Shown: positions 55,897-64,000 of the stretch, one piece after another
Layout of the letters: the number at the start of each line of letters is the position of its first letter
How positions within the stretch are numbered: position 1 is the first letter of the stretch
Source: an uncultured Acidobacteriota bacterium
Lineage (GTDB): Bacteria; Acidobacteriota; Thermoanaerobaculia; Thermoanaerobaculales; Thermoanaerobaculaceae
Reading direction: 5' to 3'
Length of the DNA: 64,000 bases
NCBI GenBank assembly: GCA_963727275.1
Contig: CAVSFK010000004.1
Location: forward strand, 69,076-133,075
Notes under the pieces: generated by a model
Seen by the model: only the letters and a program-made list of their open reading frames with translations
Told to the model about the DNA's origin: nothing
Database searches by the model: none
Made by a program: the position numbers and the translations under genes

Positions 55897-58422
55897 TTAC
55901 GCTTTCGCGGCCGCCCAGGACCGACCGCTTCCGATGTCGACCTTGAGCGGGACCGCGAGCGTCGCAACGCCCTCCATCACCCGGCGCGCGAGCGAACCCG
56001 CTGCGTCCAGGGATTGCTCGTCGACCTCCATGATCAGCTCGTCGTGCACCTGGAGCAGCAGCCGGGCGGGCAGCGCCCCGCGCCGCAGCTCGGCGTGGAG
56101 CCGGATCATCGCGAGCTTCATGAGATCGGCGGCGGTGCCCTGCACCGGCGCATTGATCGCCTGGCGCTCGGCGTTGCCCCGCACCTGAGCGTTGCGCGAG
56201 TCCAGCCCCGTGATCCAGCGCACCCGTCCGAACAGCGTCTTCACCTTGCCGGTCGCACGCGCCTGCGCACGGGTGGCGTCGAGGTACTCGCGCACGCGCG
56301 GCAGCCGGGCGAAGTAGGCGTCGATGAAGCTCTGCGCCTCGGCGTTGCCGACGCCGAGCTCGCGGGCGAGCGCGTACGCCCCCATGCCGTAGATCAGACC
56401 GAAGTTGATCGTCTTCGCCGCGCGTCGCTGCTCGGAGCTCACGAGCTCCGGCGCGACCGAGAAGACCAGGGCGGCGGTCGCGCGATGGATGTCCTCGCCG
56501 CGGTCGAAGGCGTCCTTGAGCGCGGGGTCGCCGGCGAGGTGGGCGAGGACGCGCAGCTCGATCTGCGAGTAGTCGGCCGCCATGAATACTTGACCGGGAT
56601 CGGCCACGAACGCGCGCCGTACCTCGCGGCCCAATTCGGAGCGGACGGGGATGTTCTGCAGGTTGGGGTCCGAGGACGACAGGCGGCCGGTCGCGGCGAC
56701 CGCCTGGTTGAACCGGGTGTGGATGCGGCCGTCGGGTCCCACCTCCCTCGGGAGGGCGTCGACGTAGGTCGACTTCAGCTTGGTCTGCTCGCGGTACTCG
56801 AGCAGGAGCGCGGGCAGCCGGTGGCCGCGGGTCGCGAGCTCCGCGAGGACGTCGGCGTCGGTCGACGGCGCCTTCGTCTTGGCGGTGCGGCGCAGGACCG
56901 GCAGGCCCCGGCGCTCGAACAGCACCTCTGCGAGCTGTAGCGGCGAGTTGATGTTGAACGGTCCGCCCGCCTCCGCGTGGATCTCCCGCTCGAGCTCCGC
57001 GAGCGAGCGGGCCAGCCGACCGGCGAGCTCCTCGAGCGCCGCGGTGTCGAGCCGAATCCCGTGCCGCTCCATCGCCTCGAGGACCGGCACGAGCGGCAGC
57101 TCGAGCGTCTCGAACACGGTCTCGAGCTCCTCCTCACGGAGGCGTCGCCCGAGCGCCGGCGCCAGCGACGCGATCGCGCGGGCAGCCTCGGCCGGTCCGT
57201 CGCCGCCCGGGGCCTCGGCGCCGAACCTCCGGCACAGCGCGGGGAGGTCGGCGGCCTCCCCCGGCGCCAGGAGATACCCCGCCAGCATGGCGTCGCGGCT
57301 CACCGGCGGATCGGCCAGGCCGGCATCGCGCAGGGCCGCGAGCAGCGCCTTCGCGTCGTAACACCAGAGCGTCGCCAGGTGAGGTGCGAGCTCGGCGGCC
57401 AGCCGTTGCGGGTCCGCCTCGACAACCACGGTCGCCTCGCCGGCGGCCACCGCGAGCCGGTCGCCGGCAAACACGACCGCGGCGCCCGGGATGACGAGCA
57501 ACGCGGCGAGCTCGTCGGGCCCGGCCTCGCGGGCCGCGACGCCGGCCGGCGGCGGCGCAGTCCGGCCGCCGGCTCCCATCTCGGCGAGGAGCGAGGTGAA
57601 GCCGAGACGGCGGTAGAGCGCGGCCAGGCGCTCGTCGTCCGCGGGCCGGCGCACGAGGGCGCCGAGATCCTCGGCGAGCGCGAGGTCGGTGCGGATGCGC
57701 ACGAGCTCCTGCGAGAGCTCCACGTCGTCCCTGTGCTCGGCCAGCGCCTTCCTGGCGCGCGGCGGCGTCACCTCCTCGAGGTGGGCGTAGACGTTCGCCA
57801 CGGTGCCCCAGGCGGCGATCAGCTCCTTCGCGGTCTTCTCGCCGATCCCCTTGCACCCGGGCACGTTGTCGGCGGCGTCGCCCATCAGCGCGAGCACCTC
57901 GCCGACCTTCGCCGGCGGGACGCCGAACACCTCCTCCACGCCGCGCTCGTCGAGGAGGCGCTCGAGCCGGGTGTGCCACATCTTCACGAGCGGGTCGCGC
58001 ACCAACTGCATGAGGTCCTTGTCGGTCGAGGCGATCACGACCTCGGCGCCGGCGGCAGCCGCGCGAGCGGCGAGCGTGCCGATCACGTCGTCCGCCTCGA
58101 CGTCCGGTTCGGTCAGCACCGCCAGGCCGAGGAGCGCGACGGCCTCCTGTGCGATCGGCACCTGCGCCTGCAGCGCCTCGGGCATGGGCTCCCGCTGCGC
58201 CTTGTAGCGCTGGTCCAGACGGTTGCGGAAGGTCTCCTTGCCGACGTCGAACGCGACGCCGACGTGGGTCGGGTCGAGATCGCGCAACAGCTTGTGCTGC
58301 ATCCGCAGGAAGCCGTAGGCCGCGTTGGTGGGCGTGCCGTCGGGGGCCGAGAGCTCCGCCCGGATCCCGTAAAACGCGCGGTACAGGTTGGAGTGGCCGT
58401 CGACGAGGAGCAACCGGGACAT
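55897..58422 (-). CDS. polA: DNA polymerase I
   Basis: 5'-nuclease N-terminus LLLVDGHSNLYRAFY. Polymerase motifs DYSQIELRVLAH, RRAAKTINFGLIYG, QVHDELI. Confidence 0.95.
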   Translation of the reverse strand: MSRLLLVDGHSNLYRAFYGIRAELSAPDGTPTNAAYGFLRMQHKLLRDLDPTHVGVAFDVGKETFRNRLDQRYKAQREPMPEALQAQVPIAQEAVALLGLAVLTEPDVEADDVIGTLAARAAAAGAEVVIASTDKDLMQLVRDPLVKMWHTRLERLLDERGVEEVFGVPPAKVGEVLALMGDAADNVPGCKGIGEKTAKELIAAWGTVANVYAHLEEVTPPRARKALAEHRDDVELSQELVRIRTDLALAEDLGALVRRPADDERLAALYRRLGFTSLLAEMGAGGRTAPPPAGVAAREAGPDELAALLVIPGAAVVFAGDRLAVAAGEATVVVEADPQRLAAELAPHLATLWCYDAKALLAALRDAGLADPPVSRDAMLAGYLLAPGEAADLPALCRRFGAEAPGGDGPAEAARAIASLAPALGRRLREEELETVFETLELPLVPVLEAMERHGIRLDTAALEELAGRLARSLAELEREIHAEAGGPFNINSPLQLAEVLFERRGLPVLRRTAKTKAPSTDADVLAELATRGHRLPALLLEYREQTKLKSTYVDALPREVGPDGRIHTRFNQAVAATGRLSSSDPNLQNIPVRSELGREVRRAFVADPGQVFMAADYSQIELRVLAHLAGDPALKDAFDRGEDIHRATAALVFSVAPELVSSEQRRAAKTINFGLIYGMGAYALARELGVGNAEAQSFIDAYFARLPRVREYLDATRAQARATGKVKTLFGRVRWITGLDSRNAQVRGNAERQAINAPVQGTAADLMKLAMIRLHAELRRGALPARLLLQVHDELIMEVDEQSLDAAGSLARRVMEGVATLAVPLKVDIGSGRSWAAAKA

Positions 58423-58499
58423 GGCGAAACGGTACCACGAGGCCGAGGCGCGGCGAGCCGGAGCGCTCTCGGGAGGAGCCGCTGCGGTACCCTCTCGGC

Positions 58500-59555
58500 G
58501 TGGTGAGCAATGGGGCGCTCGCCGAGGCGCTCTTCCAGCTCGCAGAGAGCCATCCCCCGGGCGAGCTGCGACTCGCGCTCCTGCGCGCCGCCTATGCGAT
58601 CTTCGACCATCCCCGCGAGCTCGAGGGCACGCGCCGCCTGCCGGAGACGGTCCCGCTCGAGGTCCTGCCGACGCTCGCGATGCTGTGCGGCTGCCTTTCG
58701 GTGGATGCGCTCGGCGCCGCGGCGCATCGGCTGGCCGGACCCCATAGGCTGCACGGCAGTGCGACGCGCGAGGGGTTCCTCACGGCGGCCGCGGCCGAAC
58801 GCGCGGTCGCGTCCGCCGGCGCCCTCGACGTCCGGCGGCTGCGCGGGGCCGTGCACTGGCACACCCGCGCCTCGGACGGCGCGGCCGTGCTCGACGCGAT
58901 GGCGCGCGGGTGTCAGCGCCGGGGTGCCGCGTGGGCGGTCGTGACCGATCACACGCGCGGCCTGGCCTGTGTGAACGGGCTCGACGGCGAGGGTGTCGAG
59001 CTGCAGCGCCGCGCGGTCGCCGCCTGGAACCGCCGACGCGGTGACGATCTCCGGCTCCTGCAGGGGCTCGAGGTCGAGGTCCTCGAGGACGGGCGTCTCG
59101 ACCTGCCGCGCTCGGCGCGAGCGGGCCTGCTGCTGGTGGCCGCCATTCACACCGGCCTCGCCGAGCGCCGCGACCAGACCGGGCGCCTCCTGCGGGCGAT
59201 CGAGGAGCCGGGCGTGTGGGCGCTCGCGCACCCGCGGGGGCGGCTGTTCGCCCGGCGGTCGGGTATCCGCGCCAACTGGGAGGTGGTGTTCGCGGCCGCC
59301 GCAGCCGCGGGCGTGCTGGTCGAGATCAACGGCTTCCCCCGCCGCCAGGACCTCGACCCCACGCTGGTGGTGCTCGCCCGCGAGGCCGGCTGCCGCTTCC
59401 TCCTCGCCTCGGACGCCCACCACCCGCGCCATCTGGCGTTCGACGCGACGGCGGTGGCGCTGGCCGCCAGCGCCGGGGTCGAGGAGGCCGAGATCGTCAA
59501 CTTCGAGCCGCTCGACCACCTCCTGACCGCGCGCCCCGACCTCGCCCGCCCCTGA
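58500..59555 (+). CDS. PHP-domain phosphoesterase (PolX C-terminal-like)
   Basis: HWHTRASDG, VVTDHT, AAIHTG, LAHP, EING and ASDAHH motifs typical of PHP. GTG start at 58500 is uncertain. Confidence 0.7.
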   Translation: MVSNGALAEALFQLAESHPPGELRLALLRAAYAIFDHPRELEGTRRLPETVPLEVLPTLAMLCGCLSVDALGAAAHRLAGPHRLHGSATREGFLTAAAAERAVASAGALDVRRLRGAVHWHTRASDGAAVLDAMARGCQRRGAAWAVVTDHTRGLACVNGLDGEGVELQRRAVAAWNRRRGDDLRLLQGLEVEVLEDGRLDLPRSARAGLLLVAAIHTGLAERRDQTGRLLRAIEEPGVWALAHPRGRLFARRSGIRANWEVVFAAAAAAGVLVEINGFPRRQDLDPTLVVLAREAGCRFLLASDAHHPRHLAFDATAVALAASAGVEEAEIVNFEPLDHLLTARPDLARP

Positions 59556-59573
59556 ACCCATCCCGGAGGAACC

Positions 59574-59762
59574 GGGTCCTGGGTCCTGGCCGATACCAGG
59601 ACGACCAGAGCAGGAAGAAGCAGGCCGCCGCAGCACGGCGTGTAGCCGCGCGGTCGAGAGTGGGCCAGATGCTAGGCGCGCGAGGCTGCCGCACCGGAGC
59701 ATAGCCGGAGGCTATGTGAGGATGCGACGGCCGAGCGCAACAACGCAGATGGTCCGCTATCG
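59574..59762 (-). repeat. ~200-nt intergenic repeat family, copy 3 (inverted; hairpin CATAGCC-GGA-GGCTATG at 59700-59716; GGGTCCT heptamers at 59574-59587)
   Basis: The reverse complement aligns with 1114-1311 over nearly its whole length. It lies in the convergent gap between the PHP gene and cysK. Confidence 0.7.
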
Positions 59763-59800
59763 ACCGCGCAGATGCCTCGACGCCGGCGGCGCCAGCGGGC

Positions 59801-60733
59801 TCAGTCGAGGCCGGCGAACAGGTCCGTCGAGATGTACCGCTCCGACGTCGACGGGACCACGAACACCACGAGCTTGCCCGCGTTCTCCGGCCGGCTCGCC
59901 ACCGCGACGGCGGCGTGGGCGGCGGCGCCCGAGGAGATGCCGGCGAGGATCCCCTCCTCCTTGGCGAGCCGTCGGGCCATCACGAACGACTCGTCGTTGC
60001 TCACCTGAACGACCTCGTCGACGAAGTGGGTGTCGAGGTTCGCCGGGATGAAACCGGCGCCGATCCCCTGGATCTTGTGCGGGCCCGGCGCGCCCCCGGA
60101 GATCACCGGCGAGTGGACGGGCTCCACCGCGACGATGCGCAGCTCCGGGCGGCGCGCCTTCCATACGCGCCCGACGCCGGTCAGGGTGCCCCCGGTCCCC
60201 ACCCCGGCCACGAACACGTCCATGCGCCCGTCGGTGTCGCGCCACAGCTCCTCGGCCGTGGTGGCGGCGTGGATCGCGGGGTTGGCCGGGTTCTCGAACT
60301 GCTGCGGCATCACCGCGCCCGGGATCTGCTCGAGCAACTCGAGCGCCTTTCGGATGGCGCCCTTCATCCCGTCGGAAGCCGGGGTGAGGACGAGCTCCGC
60401 CCCGAGCAGCTTGAGCACCTTCCGGCGCTCGATCGAAACGCTCTCCGGCATCGCGATGACGCAGCGGTACCCCTTGGCGGCCGCGACCATCGCGAGCGCG
60501 ATCCCGGTGTTTCCGGAGGTCGGTTCGACGATGACCGAACGGCCCGGCGCCAGCTTGCCGTCGCGCTCCATCGCCTCCACCATGGCGACCCCTATGCGGT
60601 CCTTGACCGAGTGAGCCGGGTTGAAGAACTCGAGCTTGGCGGCCACCGTGGCCGCGCACCCCGAGGTGATCCTATTGAGCCGGACGAGCGGCGTGTTGCC
60701 GATGAGTTTCGTGATGTCTGCAGCGATCCTCAT
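59801..60733 (-). CDS. cysK: cysteine synthase A (O-acetylserine sulfhydrylase)
   Basis: [18 protein letters not shown] (PLP lysine), [22 protein letters not shown]. Confidence 0.93.
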   Translation of the reverse strand: MRIAADITKLIGNTPLVRLNRITSGCAATVAAKLEFFNPAHSVKDRIGVAMVEAMERDGKLAPGRSVIVEPTSGNTGIALAMVAAAKGYRCVIAMPESVSIERRKVLKLLGAELVLTPASDGMKGAIRKALELLEQIPGAVMPQQFENPANPAIHAATTAEELWRDTDGRMDVFVAGVGTGGTLTGVGRVWKARRPELRIVAVEPVHSPVISGGAPGPHKIQGIGAGFIPANLDTHFVDEVVQVSNDESFVMARRLAKEEGILAGISSGAAAHAAVAVASRPENAGKLVVFVVPSTSERYISTDLFAGLD

Positions 60734-60749
60734 GGTCTCCCCCCTTGGG

Positions 60750-61136
60750 TCAGATGCTGAAGTCGGCGGCCGCGATCGCCTCGCGCTCGGCGGCGACGAG
60801 CGTGGCCAGGCTCAGGTTATCGAGGGTGCGCGCTTGCGCCTCGGCGAGTCGGGTCGCCAGCCACCGGACGCCGGCGCCTCCGGCCGTCGGCGGCGCCGTC
60901 TCGCGCACGAGGCGGCCGAGGCCGATCTCGCCGGGCGGCGCCGCCAGGCGGACCCCTCCGTGAGGCCCGCGTGTCGTGAGGACGAGATCCTCCCGTGCGA
61001 GCTCACCCACCAACCGGGACAGGAACCGGGCGGGAACGTGACGGCGGCGTGCGACCTCACGCGCCGTCAGGGCGTCCGGAAAGGCCTTTGCGAGCTCGAT
61101 GAGCGCCTCGAGGCGATACGCTTCGGTCTCATTCAC
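60750..61136 (-). CDS. Rrf2-family transcriptional regulator (CymR/IscR-like, no obvious Cys cluster)
   Basis: [46 protein letters not shown] start. Immediately upstream of cysK. Confidence 0.8.
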   Translation of the reverse strand: MNETEAYRLEALIELAKAFPDALTAREVARRRHVPARFLSRLVGELAREDLVLTTRGPHGGVRLAAPPGEIGLGRLVRETAPPTAGGAGVRWLATRLAEAQARTLDNLSLATLVAAEREAIAAADFSI

Positions 61137-61190
61137 GACTAATAAGATGGTCTATATCGTTTAATCTGTCAAGAGCCCCGGACACAGCGA

Positions 61191-61212
61191 GGGCTCCCGG
61201 TGAGGGGAGCCC
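61191..61212 (-). terminator. GC-rich hairpin GGGCTCCC-N6-GGGAGCCC downstream of the barrel gene (no U-tract)
   Basis: A perfect 8-bp stem read directly, 35 nt after the stop of the 61247-63187 gene. Confidence 0.35.
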
Positions 61213-61246
61213 TGAGTGGTCGAGGACGGCGTGGTTCGATCGCTGC

Positions 61247-63187
61247 TCAGTTGTGCCAGCGCAGGAAGAAGCCGTAGATCTTCGCGTCGTAGTTTGCGAT
61301 CGGGAGCATGCTCTCCTCGTACTTGCGTTTGTCGAACCGCAACGAGGCGCCCACCGTCGAGGTGAGGTCGAAGTCGAGCCCGGCCGTGGTCCGGTCGAGC
61401 GTGAGGGGGAGGTCGCCGGTGTTGGAGAAGCGCGAGTAGGCCGCGTCGAGGCCGAAACGGCCGACCTTGTAGGTGATCCCGGCCTCCTTGGACGTTCCGT
61501 CCTCACCGTAGATCGACGGCACGAGCAAAAAGTCCTGGGGCGTACGGATGGTGACCCGGCTGTCCACCCGGTAGACCCCGTAGCCGACCCGGATGGCCAA
61601 CGGCTCGATCGGTGTGAACACCGCGTCGCCGGCCCAGTGCTTGGTCGTGCTGGTCTGGTCGATCCCGGTCGTCGGGTTGTCGGCGGTGATGCGCTCGGCG
61701 GTGCCGACGAGTTGCAGGAACTTGCCGGCCGTCCAGTTGACCCGGCCGCGCCAGCGCTCGAGGTTCAGGTAATCCGTGCGGACGACCGCCTTGTCGGCAT
61801 CGTCCTTCTTCCAGTCGACGCCGAACCGCAGGCCGCCGAACAGCAGCGTCGCGCCGGCGGAGGTCCGTTTGACCTCCCGCTCGAAGCGGCCGCTCTGGCC
61901 GCCCAGCACCACGATCTCGGCGGCGGCGGGGGTGACCTCGACGTCCTGGCTCGAGCGGGCCCAGCCCGCCCAGAGGCGCAGCGGCCCGAGATCGGTCGCC
62001 GAGACCTTGGCCTCGAACGTGTTCTCGTCCCGTTTCATCGCGGTGGCCGCGTCGATCAACGTGCTCACGTCCTTGGGGTCGGCGCCGGAGAAGTTGGCGG
62101 TGTTGGAGTACAGGTCGGCGATCGTCGCGAGGCCGTCGAGGTCCCGGTGCTTCTTCGTGTAGCCGGCGGCCACCTCGAACCCGTCGATCGGATCGGCCTC
62201 GACGCGGACCTCGCCCTGCCAGTCCGTGCTCTCGGCCCGAGCCGCGGACGACTCGTAGAGGCCGGCGTAGAACCTCGAGAGCTTGAACGACGCGAGGGAG
62301 CCCGCAGCGGCTTCGGTGTCCACGCTGCCGGAGTTGAAGTCGGCGCGAGTGAAGGAGCCGACGACGCGGACGCGATCGGAGAACCGTCCGGTCACCAGGC
62401 CGGTTGTCATCGGCGTCGTGCCGTGGGTGTCGGTCCGGTCGGTGAGACCCGAGAGCGTGATGGGCTGGCCGAGCACCGGGCGGGTGTTGTTGCCGGCGCC
62501 GGCGCCGGCGGCGAGCCACTCCCGCTGCGTCGAGTCGACCATCCGCCATCCCTGCACGACGCTGCCTTCGAAAGCGCCGACGGTGAAGGCGATGCCGCCG
62601 CGCAGCTCCTGCGTCGTCTCGCCGAGCCTGGAGTCGAGCCGGAACTCGTTCTGGCCCACCTGGGCCGTCGTGCGTCCGGAGCCGGCGTAGCGCACCCAGC
62701 TGTACCCGAACAACGGCCTCACGGCGCTGCCCGGAAGCAGTTCGACATCGAGGTTGGCGCTGTCGAGGTTACGGTTGAGCGTGTACTCCCCCGGGAAGAC
62801 CCCGGAGCCGAGCAGCGGGTTGGCGAAGTCGGGGAGTGAGTTGAAGAACTCCGAGTGCCTGTAAGTGAAGCGGAGGTTGTAGGTCCGCGCGAGGCCGGCT
62901 TCCAGTCGGAACGAGGACTGCGGCTCGCCGCCGATCCCCGCCGCATCGATCCGAACGCGGTCGAAGAGCTTGCCTCCCTGGGCGTTGTCGAAGCTCACGA
63001 TGGAGAGCGAGTGAAGGGCGAGCCCCTTGCCCTCGTTGACCTGGCTCCGGAAGACGTCGTTGTTCCCGGAGATGCTGGTCCACTGGTAGCCGAGGTCGAG
63101 GGAGAACTGGGTCGGCTGAGCGCCGGCCGTGGCGGCCCAGCAGGCGACCACGAACAGACCCACGACGTGTGTGATGCGCTTGGCCAT
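61247..63187 (-). CDS. outer-membrane beta-barrel protein, MtrB/PioB-like (decaheme-associated porin)
   Basis: Signal peptide ...ATAGAQ, then 646 aa of alternating amphipathic beta-strand pattern rich in Y/F/W/G and ending ...YGFFLRWHN. It starts only 10 nt after the decaheme cytochrome gene ends. Confidence 0.7.
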   Translation of the reverse strand: MAKRITHVVGLFVVACWAATAGAQPTQFSLDLGYQWTSISGNNDVFRSQVNEGKGLALHSLSIVSFDNAQGGKLFDRVRIDAAGIGGEPQSSFRLEAGLARTYNLRFTYRHSEFFNSLPDFANPLLGSGVFPGEYTLNRNLDSANLDVELLPGSAVRPLFGYSWVRYAGSGRTTAQVGQNEFRLDSRLGETTQELRGGIAFTVGAFEGSVVQGWRMVDSTQREWLAAGAGAGNNTRPVLGQPITLSGLTDRTDTHGTTPMTTGLVTGRFSDRVRVVGSFTRADFNSGSVDTEAAAGSLASFKLSRFYAGLYESSAARAESTDWQGEVRVEADPIDGFEVAAGYTKKHRDLDGLATIADLYSNTANFSGADPKDVSTLIDAATAMKRDENTFEAKVSATDLGPLRLWAGWARSSQDVEVTPAAAEIVVLGGQSGRFEREVKRTSAGATLLFGGLRFGVDWKKDDADKAVVRTDYLNLERWRGRVNWTAGKFLQLVGTAERITADNPTTGIDQTSTTKHWAGDAVFTPIEPLAIRVGYGVYRVDSRVTIRTPQDFLLVPSIYGEDGTSKEAGITYKVGRFGLDAAYSRFSNTGDLPLTLDRTTAGLDFDLTSTVGASLRFDKRKYEESMLPIANYDAKIYGFFLRWHN

Positions 63188-63197
63188 CGCTCGTCTC

Positions 63198-64000
63198 CTA
63201 TTTCAAGAGCGTCGGGGAGCTGTTCGATCCGTGGATCGCGACGTGGCAGACCGTGCAGTTCGTGTAGCGCGGGCTCCGCAGATCGTGGAACGCCGGCGGT
63301 TGCGGTCCGAGGTTGCCCGCCGGGAACAGGGTGTGACACTCGAGACAGACCTGGTCCACGCGCGCCCGGGTGAGCATCTTGGGGTTGTTGGACCCGTGCG
63401 GCTCGTGGCAGGTCAGGCAGTTGCCCGCGAAGCCGCTGACGTGCGTGAACACGAACGGCCCGCGGGTGTCGGGGTGGCACGAGAGGCAGGGGAGCTGGCC
63501 TGCGGTGGTCAGCTTCAGGCTGCGCTCGCCGTGGCCGCCGTGGGGGTTGTGGCAATCGACGCACTCGACGCCCCCGCGGGCGAGGTGGTGGGCGTACGGC
63601 TTGCCGAACTGCGCCTTCTGCGAGGGGTGGCAGCCGACGCAGAGCGACGTCGATTCGGCCGTCCGCAGCAGCGTCGGAGCGGCGGTAGCGGCGCCGTGAA
63701 TTGAGTGGCAGTCGGTGCAGTTGACGGCCGCCGAGGCGTGGAACCCGCTCCCGGCTCGCTCGAACCCGGTCTTGCCTCCGTGGCAGGCGAGGCAGGCTTT
63801 GGCGCCCGCGCCGCCGCTGGGAACCGTGATCGTCGTCTTGTCGGCCTGGGCGAGGTGCTTGGCGCTGTCGCCGTGGCAGCTCTCACACAGGGCCTTGCCC
63901 TTCACCTTGCCGCTCATCGCGTGCGGGTTGTTGGCGAAACGCGCCGCGACCTCATCGTGGCAATCCGAGCAAGGTGCGAACGCCGCGGTCGCCGCGGCGG
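63198..64000 (-). CDS. periplasmic decaheme c-type cytochrome, MtrA/DmsE/PioA family (5' end outside window)
   Basis: Ten CXXCH motifs in about 267 aa: CSDCH, CESCH, CLACH, CTDCH, CVGCH, CVDCH, CLSCH, CLTCH, CLECH, CTVCH. The reading frame stays open from 63917 to the window edge (..FAPCSDCHDEVAARFANNPHAMSGK..). Confidence 0.85.
   Translation of the reverse strand, partial: AAATAAFAPCSDCHDEVAARFANNPHAMSGKVKGKALCESCHGDSAKHLAQADKTTITVPSGGAGAKACLACHGGKTGFERAGSGFHASAAVNCTDCHSIHGAATAAPTLLRTAESTSLCVGCHPSQKAQFGKPYAHHLARGGVECVDCHNPHGGHGERSLKLTTAGQLPCLSCHPDTRGPFVFTHVSGFAGNCLTCHEPHGSNNPKMLTRARVDQVCLECHTLFPAGNLGPQPPAFHDLRSPRYTNCTVCHVAIHGSNSSPTLLK

Overview
Very GC-rich bacterial chromosomal segment: third codon positions are almost all G/C, and long spurious antisense ORFs occur throughout. 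It is densely packed with about 60 genes, mostly housekeeping and cell-envelope functions. There is no rRNA, tRNA, CRISPR array, prophage or transposase. Repeat content and gene content loosely suggest an Acidobacteriota-like organism, but that is a low-confidence inference.

Recognisable genes by group:
- Redox and cofactor: trxB (3' end), erpA/iscA, def, ispG, trxA, yjbQ.
- Envelope stress: an ECF sigma / anti-sigma / PDZ operon.
- Transport: an MFS transporter; a MacAB-type efflux operon (adaptor, two FtsX permeases, ATPase); a YtrA/GntR-ABC locus.
- Proteases: M64 peptidase, tricorn-type protease, M1 aminopeptidase.
- Lipid metabolism: an AGPS-like / GlpD / lipid-kinase operon, followed by a receiver-domain-LpxC fusion.
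- Other metabolism and information genes: asnA, trmL, an aminotransferase, an acyl-CoA dehydrogenase, cutA, panDCB, a deoxynucleoside kinase, a UbiA-type prenyltransferase with ubiX, a GNAT acetyltransferase, selB, polA, cysK with an Rrf2 regulator.
- RNA gene: tmRNA (ssrA).
- Competence/pilus-related: comEA plus a pseudopilin.
- Extracellular electron transfer: an MtrB/PioB-like outer-membrane barrel next to a decaheme MtrA/DmsE-type cytochrome at the right edge.

Most noteworthy observations:
1. The REC-LpxC fusion.
2. The AGPS-like ether-lipid-type operon.
3. The MtrAB-like porin-cytochrome pair.
4. A roughly 200-nt intergenic repeat family (3 copies) whose hairpin shows compensatory base changes and which ends in heptamer tandem arrays.
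5. A perfect 69-bp x 4.6 tandem repeat inside the efflux operon.
6. STRR-like heptamer arrays.
7. Single-nucleotide frameshifts in at least four conserved genes, plus an apparently decayed ABC-2/beta-propeller gene. These could be sequencing errors or real pseudogenes.

All calls come from reading the translations and the DNA by eye. No database search was run.
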